From Oscillospiraceae bacterium (GTDB lineage Bacteria > Bacillota > Clostridia > Oscillospirales > Acutalibacteraceae), in assembly GCA_031273775.1 (NCBI GenBank), contig JAISRF010000083.1, forward strand, positions 1 to 12,668: a stretch of DNA of 12,668 bases. The letters run 5' to 3'. The notes under the pieces are model-generated. The model saw only the letters and a list, made by a program, of their open reading frames with translations, ran no database searches and had not been told where the DNA came from. The stretch's first letter is position 1, and each line of letters starts with the position of its first letter. This document shows, piece after piece, positions 1-6,930 of the stretch. Made by a program: the position numbers and the translations under genes.

Positions 1-1
1 C

Positions 2-652
2 CTTGATGCGGCGAAAATCAACACAGGAACATTGTCTGCAGACCGCATCACCGGCACAACCATCAGCTATTACAGCGGCAGCACGCTCACCACGCAAATC
101 AACTCCAATGGGTTGGAACTGACCCGCGACAACGTGAAAATCGGGCGAATCGGGACGAATAGCTTTACAGGCAACTCGTCATGGCGCGGGTTGGTGTTCG
201 ACCTTGAATACGCCGGCAACTACATGACTTGGGCGTGGAAGGAGTCAACGTCTGCCTCTGCTTACACGACGAAATTCACCTATTACCGCAGCAAATTGTC
301 CGACGGCATGGAGAAGGGTTTTCATTTTGACGATGTGGTGTTCCTCAAAGGCGGCGTCGCCGTGGGATCGGGTTCGAGCGTCGTCACCACGCAGGTGCAT
401 CACTGGTCGCTTGGCTCCGATAACTGCTTCGCCATGCGCACATCGAACAGCAAAGCGGGCTTTGCCATGGGCGGCAACAACCTCATTCTCGGCGACGACG
501 GGCAGTGGGTGGATTTCGGCGTTATCCGCGAAATCTGCAAAAAGCTGGCGGGAAAGACCATCGCGCTGCCCTGCGGTTTCAACAGCAGCGGTCAAGCCAC
601 AAGCTGGTACAACCCGGAAACCTACCCAAGCATGACTTGGTGGACGACATGA
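2..652 (+). CDS. Phage tail/host-specificity (minor structural) protein, C-terminal fragment; 5' end lies outside the window
   Basis: Reading frame is open from base 2 and translates as LDAAKINTGTLSADRITGTTISYY.., a motif typical of siphophage tail-fibre and host-specificity C-terminal regions. The stretch is Gly/Ser/Thr/Asn-rich like a beta-structured receptor-binding region. It lies directly upstream of a holin-endolysin cassette. Stop is TGA at 650-652. Confidence 0.5.
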   Translation, partial: LDAAKINTGTLSADRITGTTISYYSGSTLTTQINSNGLELTRDNVKIGRIGTNSFTGNSSWRGLVFDLEYAGNYMTWAWKESTSASAYTTKFTYYRSKLSDGMEKGFHFDDVVFLKGGVAVGSGSSVVTTQVHHWSLGSDNCFAMRTSNSKAGFAMGGNNLILGDDGQWVDFGVIREICKKLAGKTIALPCGFNSSGQATSWYNPETYPSMTWWTT

Positions 653-685
653 TAATGCGGAATTCGGAAGGAGGAATTCGGAATT

Positions 686-946
686 ATGGATGAAAAACTC
701 ACACCCCTAACACCCGTTGTGACGCCCATTGAAGAGCGGCTGTATGTCGTATCGCCGCACCCGGTGGCTGCCGCGCCGTTGAGCGTGGAGACTACATCCA
801 CAGCTGAACCGATTGTCGCAGATGAATCCGTTGCCGACTTGATACGGATGGCAGTGGCAGGGCTTCGCAGCGAACTCAGCGCAGAATTGCAAGCGGAAGT
901 TCAACAAGAATTAAGCAAAGGAGCGGAATTAAATGCTAAAAATTAA
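686..946 (+). CDS. Hypothetical small phage protein (86 aa), between the tail gene and the lysis cassette
   Basis: ATG at 686 is preceded by GGAAGGAGGAATTCGGAATT (GGAGG Shine-Dalgarno). It has no transmembrane segment. It sits in the position of the XkdW/XkdX-type small genes of Firmicutes prophages. Its 3' end overlaps the next gene by 14 nt, suggesting translational coupling. Confidence 0.55.
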   Translation: MDEKLTPLTPVVTPIEERLYVVSPHPVAAAPLSVETTSTAEPIVADESVADLIRMAVAGLRSELSAELQAEVQQELSKGAELNAKN

Positions 947-1352
947 GAACTATCAACTGGTTGACCTGCTTGAATTCCTCGAAAAAGCAGAGCTAAAGCC
1001 AAGGGCAAGCCGTGTGCGCACAAAGCTGAACAAGCTGCTTTACGCCAAAATTCAGGACTTGCAGGGCGATGAAATGGCGTTGCTGGAGAAATTCGGCAAG
1101 CGGGACGACAGCGGTGCACTCATTGAGGACAGCGGCACCTACACACTGATTGAGGAGACCGCCGCCGAGTACCACCAAGAAAAAGGTGCGTTACTGGACG
1201 AAACCACATCTATCAATGTTGACGAGCTTCGTGACAAGCTGGCCGTTCTGATTGAAGAACTGGAAAACAGCGATGTGAAGCTGTCCGGCAAGGATGCCGA
1301 ATCGCTGGATTTACTGCTGGACGCGCTGGAAACGGAGGTCAAAAACTCATGA
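933..1352 (+). CDS. Hypothetical acidic, predicted coiled-coil phage protein (139 aa)
   Basis: ATG at 933 with AAAGGAG 9 nt upstream. The protein is rich in Glu, Asp and Leu and predicted helical or coiled-coil. It shares the late-operon context, with tail upstream and holin downstream. Confidence 0.6.
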   Translation: MLKIKNYQLVDLLEFLEKAELKPRASRVRTKLNKLLYAKIQDLQGDEMALLEKFGKRDDSGALIEDSGTYTLIEETAAEYHQEKGALLDETTSINVDELRDKLAVLIEELENSDVKLSGKDAESLDLLLDALETEVKNS

Positions 1353-1469
1353 GCCGCAAAGAAAAGAATCGGATAAGAGGGCAGCCTTGACGGCCGCCCA
1401 ACACAAAATCACGCACAACGCTTGCCACACGGCAGGCGTATTTTTATCGAAAAAACGGAGGCAAACGAC

Positions 1470-2021
1470 ATGTTAAAAACAATCTGGAACTGGGCGCACA
1501 CGGCGTTCACGGGGCTGGGCGCGTTGCTTGGCTGGTATCTCGGCGGGCTGGACGACGGGAGCCCCGCTGGCAGCTTTCTCTACGCGCTCATCGCGTTTGT
1601 GATTGCCGACTACATCACGGGCTTGCTTCGCGCGGTAGTTGAGAAAAATCTCTCCAGCCGCATCGGGGCGAGGGGCATTGCCAAAAAAGTCGCCATCTTT
1701 GTGGTGGTCGGCATTGGTCATTTAGCCGACCTGTACATGCTGGAGGGCGGCGGCGACATGCTTCGCACAGCAGTCATCTTTTTCTACCTCGCCAATGAGG
1801 GCATCTCCTTGCTGGAAAACGCAACAGCCATCGGTCTGCCCGTACCTGATCAGCTAAAAAACATACTGGCACAGCTGCACGGAAAATCCGCTGAACTTAC
1901 TCCCGCTGACCCTACACCTATCCCCACGCAGCCTGCGCCGGTGAATCCGCCTGCGCAACAGCAAGCCTACCCCGGCACATCCCAAAAATCTAATCAGGAG
2001 GGCAACGACAATGAATCTTAA
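1470..2021 (+). CDS. Phage holin, TcdE/UtxA-like (phage_holin_4_1 type) family, with a Pro-rich C-terminal tail
   Basis: ATG at 1470 with AACGGAGG 8 nt upstream; the listed TTG at 1422 has no Shine-Dalgarno. The conserved core reads FLYALIAFVIADYITGLLRAVVEKNLSSRIGARGIAKKVAIFVVVGIGHLADLYM...FFYLANEGISLLENA, with three hydrophobic helices typical of this holin family. The 3' end overlaps the endolysin start, at ATG 2011. Confidence 0.8.
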   Translation: MLKTIWNWAHTAFTGLGALLGWYLGGLDDGSPAGSFLYALIAFVIADYITGLLRAVVEKNLSSRIGARGIAKKVAIFVVVGIGHLADLYMLEGGGDMLRTAVIFFYLANEGISLLENATAIGLPVPDQLKNILAQLHGKSAELTPADPTPIPTQPAPVNPPAQQQAYPGTSQKSNQEGNDNES

Positions 2022-3075
2022 GAAACTCATCTTCACCCAAAACGCCTGCTACAAAGCGGGCCGCACCATCGCCGTCAAAGGTCTGATGTTGCATTCGACC
2101 GGGGCTAACAACCCCAATCTCAAACGATATGTGGGGCCGGACGACGGCTTGCTGGGCAAAAACCAGTACAACAACCACTGGAATACGGGCAACCCCGACG
2201 GGAGACAGGTCTGCGTCCACGGCTTTTTTGGAAAGCTGGCTGACGGCACGATTGCCACCTACCAGACCCTGCCGTGGAATCACCGCGGCTGGCACGGGGG
2301 CAGCGGCGCGAAGGGCAGCGTGAACGATACCCACATCGGCGTGGAGATGTGCGAGGACGGCTTGACCGACCCCGCATATTTCGCCGCCGTTTACAAAGAA
2401 GCCACCGAGCTTTTCGCCCATCTCTGCCGCGAGTTCGGGCTTGACCCTATGAAAGATGGCGTCATCATCGGTCATTATGAGGGCTATCAGCGCGGCATCG
2501 CCAGCAACCATGGCGACCCCAAGAACTGGATGCCCAAGCACGGAAAATCCATGGACACCTTTCGCGCCGACGTAAAAAAGCTGCTGGATGGCTCAACTCC
2601 TGCGCCAGCCCCTGCGCCTGTGCCAACACCTGTAACACCGCCCGCAACCACCGTCATCAAAAAAGGCGATACAGTCAAGATTGTCGATAATGCCACTTAT
2701 TATGACGGCAAAGCAATCCCGGCGTGGGTGAAAAAGGACAGCTGGATTGTGTCCTCGCTATCCAAAGACCGTGCCGTTCTCGGCAAAAACGCAGCCGGGA
2801 CAAACGACATCCAAAGCCCGGTCAACACGAAATTTCTGATTGTTGTTGGGGACTCTGCTCCTGCTCCCACGCCAACACCGACTACTTTTTCACCCTATCT
2901 GGTCAAAGTCACCGCCGATGTGCTGAACATCCGCAAAGGCCCCGGAACTAACTATGCCGATATGGGCGACATCAAGGATAAAGGCACCTACACCATTGTG
3001 GAGGAACAAAGCGGCTGGGGCAAGCTCAAATCCGGCGCGGGCTGGATTTCGCTGGACTATACCAAGCGCGTGTAG
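2011..3075 (+). CDS. Endolysin: N-acetylmuramoyl-L-alanine amidase (Amidase_2/PGRP fold) with two C-terminal SH3-like (SH3b) cell-wall-binding modules joined by Pro-rich linkers
   Basis: GGAGG Shine-Dalgarno 7 nt before ATG 2011. Amidase_2 signatures are MLHSTG, WNHRGWHGGS and THIGVEMCEDG. Linker 1 is STPAPAPAPVPTPVTPP. Module 1 is KGDTVKIVDNATYYDGKAIPAWVKKDSWIV. Linker 2 is APAPTPTPT. The C-terminal SH3_3-like module is VKVTADVLNIRKGPGTNYADMGDIKDKGTYTIVEEQSGWGKLKSGAGWISLDY. It lies immediately after the holin. Confidence 0.9.
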   Translation: MNLKKLIFTQNACYKAGRTIAVKGLMLHSTGANNPNLKRYVGPDDGLLGKNQYNNHWNTGNPDGRQVCVHGFFGKLADGTIATYQTLPWNHRGWHGGSGAKGSVNDTHIGVEMCEDGLTDPAYFAAVYKEATELFAHLCREFGLDPMKDGVIIGHYEGYQRGIASNHGDPKNWMPKHGKSMDTFRADVKKLLDGSTPAPAPAPVPTPVTPPATTVIKKGDTVKIVDNATYYDGKAIPAWVKKDSWIVSSLSKDRAVLGKNAAGTNDIQSPVNTKFLIVVGDSAPAPTPTPTTFSPYLVKVTADVLNIRKGPGTNYADMGDIKDKGTYTIVEEQSGWGKLKSGAGWISLDYTKRV

Positions 3076-3100
3076 CCCTGTCATCCCATAACTATCAGAA

Positions 3101-3144
3101 CCCCACCTTTTGAGAGTAATCTCAGAGGGTGGGGTTATTTTTTT
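3101..3144 (+). terminator. Rho-independent terminator ending the phage late/lysis operon
   Basis: CCCCACC(T)TTTGAGAG-TAAT-CTCAGAGGGTGGGG hairpin followed by TTATTTTTTT, 26 nt after the endolysin stop. Confidence 0.7.
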
Positions 3145-3205
3145 GTCCGCTGCCCCTTACATTTTCATTCTGCCATGACCTACCTGTGAAGGGGGGGTCT
3201 GCATC

Positions 3206-3589
3206 ATGACCAGTTCACAAAAAGACCGCATTGTTCAGATGCGCAAAAAAGGACGGAGCTATGCCGCTATCGCAGAAACCCTCGGCGTTTCGGAAAATAC
3301 AGTTAAATCTTTTTGCCGTCGCAACAATCTGGGCGGCAGCAATACCGATGGCGACCGCTGTGCTCAGTGCGGCAAAAACATGGGATTGTCCGACCGCAAA
3401 AATCGCCGCTTTTGTAATGACTCTTGCCGAAGCAAATGGTGGGCAGCCCATCCCGAAAAACGCGGTGGGCTGGCTACAGTGGAAATTATCTGTGCCGTAT
3501 GTGGCAAATCGTTTTTTGCACTTACCGGCACTAACCGAAAATTCTGCTCCCGCAAATGCTACGGCAAAAGCAAGGCGGTGGCGAAATGA
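3206..3589 (+). CDS. Small DNA-binding protein: sigma-70 region-4-like HTH plus tandem Cys4 zinc ribbons (two C-x2-C-x15-C-x3-C FCS/TRASH-like units)
   Basis: ATG 3206 is preceded by GAAGGGGGGG. The N-terminal HTH reads RSYAAIAETLGVSENTVKSFCRR. Two internally duplicated units follow: CAQCGKNMGLSDRKNRRFCNDSCRSKWW and CAVCGKSFFALTGTNRKFCSRKCYGKSK. Stop TGA overlaps the next ATG (ATGA). Confidence 0.7.
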   Translation: MTSSQKDRIVQMRKKGRSYAAIAETLGVSENTVKSFCRRNNLGGSNTDGDRCAQCGKNMGLSDRKNRRFCNDSCRSKWWAAHPEKRGGLATVEIICAVCGKSFFALTGTNRKFCSRKCYGKSKAVAK

Positions 3590-3789
3590 CCAAGCAGGAA
3601 GCCGTCATGCACTACAAAGCTGCTATCGCCATCTTTAGGAAGTGGCTGGAAACGGGTATTATCACGGCGGATGATTTCCGCATAATAAGCACAAATACGG
3701 CCGAAAAATACAGCATTAATTCTACAAGCATATTCTTTGAAAATGGCGAAACACCCGTTGACTTATTATCGATTCAGAGTGATAAATAG
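3586..3789 (+). CDS. Hypothetical 67-aa protein translationally coupled to the HTH/zinc-ribbon gene; candidate recombination-directionality or regulatory factor (inference)
   Basis: ATG at 3586 overlaps the upstream stop (ATGA). The listed ORF start at 3556 is in the same frame but lies inside the upstream gene. The protein reads MTKQEAVMHYKAAIAIFRKWLETGIITADDFRII... It ends 25 nt before the LSR start. Small genes in this position next to LSRs are sometimes RDFs. Confidence 0.5.
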   Translation: MTKQEAVMHYKAAIAIFRKWLETGIITADDFRIISTNTAEKYSINSTSIFFENGETPVDLLSIQSDK

Positions 3790-3814
3790 GATGACCGAAA
3801 GGAGGTCGAACCCT

Positions 3815-5350
3815 ATGATTATCAAGGATGTAGCGCCTATTACGCCGCTGCCAAAACGTCAAAATGTGGCGGCCTATGCGCGGGTGTCCTGCGGCAAAGA
3901 TGAGATGCTGCATAGTTTGGCGGCGCAGGTCAGCGCCTACAGCGCGTTGATTCAAAGCCGCCCCGACTGGAACTACTGTGGCGTGTTCGCAGAGGCGGCC
4001 GAGACAGGCACCAAGGAAAGCCGCCCGGAATTCCAGCGGCTGCTTACAGATTGCCGGGCCGGGCTTGTGGATATGGTGATTACAAAATCCATATCTCGCT
4101 TTGCGCGCAACACCGTCACGCTGCTGGCCACGGTGCGTGAACTTAAAGAACTGGGTGTAGATGTGTTTTTTGAAGAGCAGAGAATACACAGTCTTTCTTG
4201 CGAGGGGAAACTCATGCTAACCATTCTCGCAGGGTACGCCCAGGAGGAGAGCCGAAGTTGCTCAGACAATGTAAAATGGCGCGTTCGCAAGGATTTTGAA
4301 CAGGGAAAGCCCAGCGGTTTTCGCATGATGGGTTACCGTTTGAAGGGCGGTATTCCCACGATTGTGCCGAAGGAAGCCGAATGGGTCAGGCAGATTTTTG
4401 CCGATTACCTGGAGGGTTTTGGCGTGGAAGCCATCGCCAAGCACTGCAAAGCGCAAGGTATTAAAATCGGCAAAACTGGCATCGCGGGGATTTTGCGCAA
4501 TGTCAAGTATATGGGAGACATGTTGCTCCAAAAGGGCTTCACGACCAATTACCTCACCAAAGCCCGCAAGAAAAACGAAGGCGAGATTCCTCAATTTTGG
4601 GTTGAAGGAAGCCACCCTGCCATTATATCGGTGGATGAGTGGGAGACGGTTCAAGCCGAACTGGCGCGCCGCAGCACCCTCGGCAGATCGCTGAGCTGCC
4701 ACAGCCCGTTTGCCACGCGGCTGGTTTGCGGCTCTTGCGGCGGTTTCTACGGCAAAAAAGTGTGGGGCAGTTACAAAGACGACAAATCCCGCCGCCGTGA
4801 GGTCTGGCAGTGCAACGATAAATACAAGCGGCTCGGCAATCCCGGCAAGGGATGCCAAACGCCCACTCTCACCGAAGATGACATCAAGGCAAGGTTCTTA
4901 GCGGTCTGGAATGGCATGGCGGACAACCGTGAAAACCTTATCTCCGACTGCCGCACAGCAAAAGAACTGCTTTGCAACTACAAAAACATTACCGCCGAGA
5001 TTGCGGAATTGGAGCGCGAGGTTGAGGTGGCGCGGGAACTTTCGCGCAAAGCCATCTACGAAAACGCCCACACACAGCAAAACCAAGCTGAATGGAATGA
5101 ACGCAACGACGGGTACTTGGAGCGTGTGCGGACGGTTCTTGCCCGCATTACAGAGTTGACCGAAGAAAAACGCCGCCGCCAGCACAAGGCGCGGATTCTG
5201 GAAAGCTACATCCGAAACCTTGAAAAAAGCCCTGATTCACTCACTGATTTCGATGAAAAAGTGTTCATCACCGCCATCGACCGCATGACCGTGGAACTGG
5301 GCGGAACGCTGACATTTCTCTTTTTGGACGGGAGCAGCGTGGTTGGATGA
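3815..5350 (+). CDS. Large serine recombinase (phage integrase; resolvase catalytic domain, recombinase domain, zinc ribbon and coiled coil)
   Basis: ATG 3815 has AAAGGAGGT 7 nt upstream. The in-frame extension back to 3737 has no Shine-Dalgarno and overlaps the previous gene. The catalytic motif is AYARVSCGKDE..LAAQ with the serine nucleophile, followed by ITKSISRFARN (the DRLSR-type motif). The zinc ribbon reads CGSCGG...WQCNDKY...CQTPTL, followed by a long Glu/Arg-rich coiled coil. Confidence 0.92.
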   Translation: MIIKDVAPITPLPKRQNVAAYARVSCGKDEMLHSLAAQVSAYSALIQSRPDWNYCGVFAEAAETGTKESRPEFQRLLTDCRAGLVDMVITKSISRFARNTVTLLATVRELKELGVDVFFEEQRIHSLSCEGKLMLTILAGYAQEESRSCSDNVKWRVRKDFEQGKPSGFRMMGYRLKGGIPTIVPKEAEWVRQIFADYLEGFGVEAIAKHCKAQGIKIGKTGIAGILRNVKYMGDMLLQKGFTTNYLTKARKKNEGEIPQFWVEGSHPAIISVDEWETVQAELARRSTLGRSLSCHSPFATRLVCGSCGGFYGKKVWGSYKDDKSRRREVWQCNDKYKRLGNPGKGCQTPTLTEDDIKARFLAVWNGMADNRENLISDCRTAKELLCNYKNITAEIAELEREVEVARELSRKAIYENAHTQQNQAEWNERNDGYLERVRTVLARITELTEEKRRRQHKARILESYIRNLEKSPDSLTDFDEKVFITAIDRMTVELGGTLTFLFLDGSSVVG

Positions 5351-5365
5351 GAATATCGCACAAGA

Positions 5366-5396
5366 ATGGCTCGCTGGATGGCGGGCTGTTTTTTTT
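5366..5396 (+). terminator. Putative rho-independent terminator after the recombinase gene
   Basis: GGCTCGC-TGGATG-GCGGGCT imperfect hairpin with two G-U pairs, followed by T8 at 5389-5396. Confidence 0.45.
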
Positions 5397-5585
5397 ATGC
5401 TTCAGTTCAAAGATTTAACGCCTTTTTGCATACCCCCCTTATCCCGTTAAAAGATACCCCTGTTTTCAGGTGATTTTCGGATTTTTCTCTTTTTCAGCCG
5501 TTTGGTAGGCATAGATACAAGCCTATCATTTAACGGTGTATGCACGGTTTTCCTTGATATACCGCCGTTTTCAGGGCATAAGTAA

Positions 5586-5625
5586 AACCCTAAACTGGCA
5601 AACCGAAGTTTATCAATTTAGGGTT
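5586..5625 (-). terminator. ssrA transcription terminator (intact hairpin downstream of the tmRNA CCA end)
   Basis: On the minus strand, 8 nt after CCA, the sequence is AACCCUAAA-(UUGAUAAACUUCGGUUUGCCAG)-UUUAGGGUU, then UUUACUU. It forms a 9-bp perfect stem; the loop can form a nested AAAC-UUCG-GUUU tetraloop hairpin. Confidence 0.6.
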
Positions 5626-5632
5626 ATTACCG

Positions 5633-6006
5633 TGGTGGAGGCGGCGGGAGTTGAACCCGCGTCCGAAAACTCATTCCCATAAATTTCTACGAGCGTAGTT
5701 AATCTTTTACGATTCCCCTAACAGAAAACAACTGTTGTCTGTTTCCACACGCCGGTTAACAGGCTTGCAGTTTCGGTAGCCCCAAGGTCATGACCCCGCT
5801 CGGAGCAAGGCGGAGTTCACGTTCACCGCTGTGTGACGCCCAAACCGGAGCCGCGGTGCTCACCGGCAGGACGGCTGCTTAATTAAGCAGCGAGTGCAAC
5901 GTTATTGTTGTTGTTTAATTTATAAAATTGCGGCATTTATAAAGCGGTCCCGCGCCGCTGCTCGCTGTTCATGGTTCAAAATCCCCGTCGAAACCTTTAC
6001 GCCCCC
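5633..6006 (-). ncRNA. ssrA: tmRNA (ssrA), one-piece, with encoded CCA
   Basis: The minus-strand RNA starts GGGGGCGUAAAGGUUUCGACGGGGAUUUUGAACC and ends ...GGACGCGGGUUCAACUCCCGCCGCCUCCACCA. The acceptor stem GGGGGCG/CGCCUCC contains the G3:U70 alanine identity pair. The T-arm is GCGGG-UUCAACU-CCCGC. The internal tag frame ends ..AAC AAC AAC AAU AAC GUU GCA CUC GCU GCU UAA (NNNNNVALAA-stop), which is the canonical ..ALAA degron. Length is 374 nt. smpB lies nearby. Confidence 0.9.
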
Positions 6007-6011
6007 ATGAC

Positions 6012-6027
6012 GCGCTCCGCGGAGCGC
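6012..6027. other. Perfect 16-bp GC-rich palindrome GCGCTCCGCGGAGCGC, 5 nt upstream of the mature tmRNA 5' end
   Basis: The sequence is its own reverse complement. It lies between the hydrolase stop (6101) and the tmRNA 5' G (6006). It could be a pre-tmRNA processing hairpin or a protein operator. No U-run follows on either strand. Confidence 0.4.
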
Positions 6028-6100
6028 AGTTGAGAGTTAAGAATTATTTTGTTTTTTTAATCGCGCACAGAACACCTCCATTTTTACATTTCATTTGCGG

Positions 6101-6928
6101 TCAAAAACTGTTCAGCCACTCCGCCGCCAGCGAAAACCATGTTCCGGCGTGCGGATTCAAATGTGCCTGAATGCCCGAATCGGCAGTACGTTTGTCGCAG
6201 AGCGAAAGCCCGTGCACACCAGACTTATAAACGTGTAACTCAAACGGGACACCGGCTTTACGCAGCGCCGCCGCCATATAAAGCGAATTTTCAACCGGCA
6301 CGCCGCCATCGTCGCCTGTGTGCCAGATGAAAGCTGGCGCGGTGTCCGCAGTTACGGAATTTTCAAGCGATAATTTATTGAGTAAAGCCGACTCCGGATT
6401 TTCGCCCAGCAGGTTGATAAAGGTTCCCCTGTGCGCCTTATCCCCGGAGGTGATGACCGGGTAGCACAAAATCATGGTAAAGGGGCGGTTTTCGCCCTTT
6501 TCTAGCCCCAACTCGCCCATAACGACCGGCTCATTCCAAAGCGTTCCTAGTGTCGCCGCCAAGTGTCCGCCCGCCGAAAAGCCGCACACGGAGATTTTAC
6601 CGGGATCCATATGCCAGTCGGTGCTACGACGCAAAACGGCCATGGCCGCGGATGCTTCCATAAACTGTGTGGGGTAACGCGATGGCGCGCAAGAGTAGCG
6701 CAGGACGGCAGCGGCAAAACCCGCGTTCACAAAGGCAAGGGCGACCGGTTCCGCCTCTCTGTCCGAGATTCCACCATACCCGCCGCCTGGGCATACCAAC
6801 ACGGTTTGAAATTTGCGTTCAGGTTCGATTCCCCTGGACACGTTTAACGAATAAACGGTAAGTGTAGCATCATCTCCTATGTACCGAGAATCGAAAAAAT
6901 CGCGGAGCTTTAACGTTTTATAAATCAT
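6101..6928 (-). CDS. Alpha/beta-hydrolase fold esterase/lipase (HGG-type oxyanion hole, GxSxG nucleophile elbow)
   Basis: VLVCPGGGYGG is the oxyanion-hole motif. VCGFSAGGHLAA is the GxSxG serine motif. A C-terminal D...H is compatible with the catalytic triad. ATG 6928 lies 2 nt after the smpB stop, so the genes are co-transcribed. Confidence 0.8.
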   Translation of the reverse strand: MIYKTLKLRDFFDSRYIGDDATLTVYSLNVSRGIEPERKFQTVLVCPGGGYGGISDREAEPVALAFVNAGFAAAVLRYSCAPSRYPTQFMEASAAMAVLRRSTDWHMDPGKISVCGFSAGGHLAATLGTLWNEPVVMGELGLEKGENRPFTMILCYPVITSGDKAHRGTFINLLGENPESALLNKLSLENSVTADTAPAFIWHTGDDGGVPVENSLYMAAALRKAGVPFELHVYKSGVHGLSLCDKRTADSGIQAHLNPHAGTWFSLAAEWLNSF

Positions 6929-6930
6929 TT

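Noticed and set aside
245-635. Overlapping ORFs 245..595 (-), 327..635 (+), 400..582 (-) and 505..693 (+)
   Set aside because: They are nested inside the tail-protein frame. The Arg/Ala-rich compositions are typical of spurious GC-rich frames.
661-685. Tandem GGAATTCGGAA repeat (two EcoRI sites) before gene 686
   Set aside because: It is a short duplication within the Shine-Dalgarno region, most simply part of the ribosome-binding site. It is too short to call a repeat element.
1422-1469. TTG-initiated N-terminal extension of the holin (possible dual-start antiholin)
   Set aside because: There is no Shine-Dalgarno upstream of 1422, whereas ATG 1470 has an ideal GGAGG spacing. The extension is not membrane-associated, so it was not treated as an antiholin start.
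1990-2541. 183-aa minus-strand ORF
   Set aside because: Antisense to the Amidase_2 endolysin gene, an artefact of the high GC content.
3737-3814. Upstream in-frame start (MKMAKHPL..) for the recombinase
   Set aside because: It overlaps the preceding small gene and lacks a Shine-Dalgarno. ATG 3815 has AAAGGAGGT, and the conserved LSR N-terminus begins there.
4262-4858. 198-aa minus-strand ORF, plus the 3722..4189 and 3973..4326 minus-strand ORFs
   Set aside because: All lie antisense within the large serine recombinase gene, which has clear catalytic and zinc-ribbon motifs.
6012-6027. GC palindrome as an intrinsic terminator for the hydrolase gene
   Set aside because: There is no U-run after the hairpin on the minus strand, where it is followed by GUCAUGGGGG. 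It is more likely a pre-tmRNA processing or recognition hairpin, so it is kept as 'other'.
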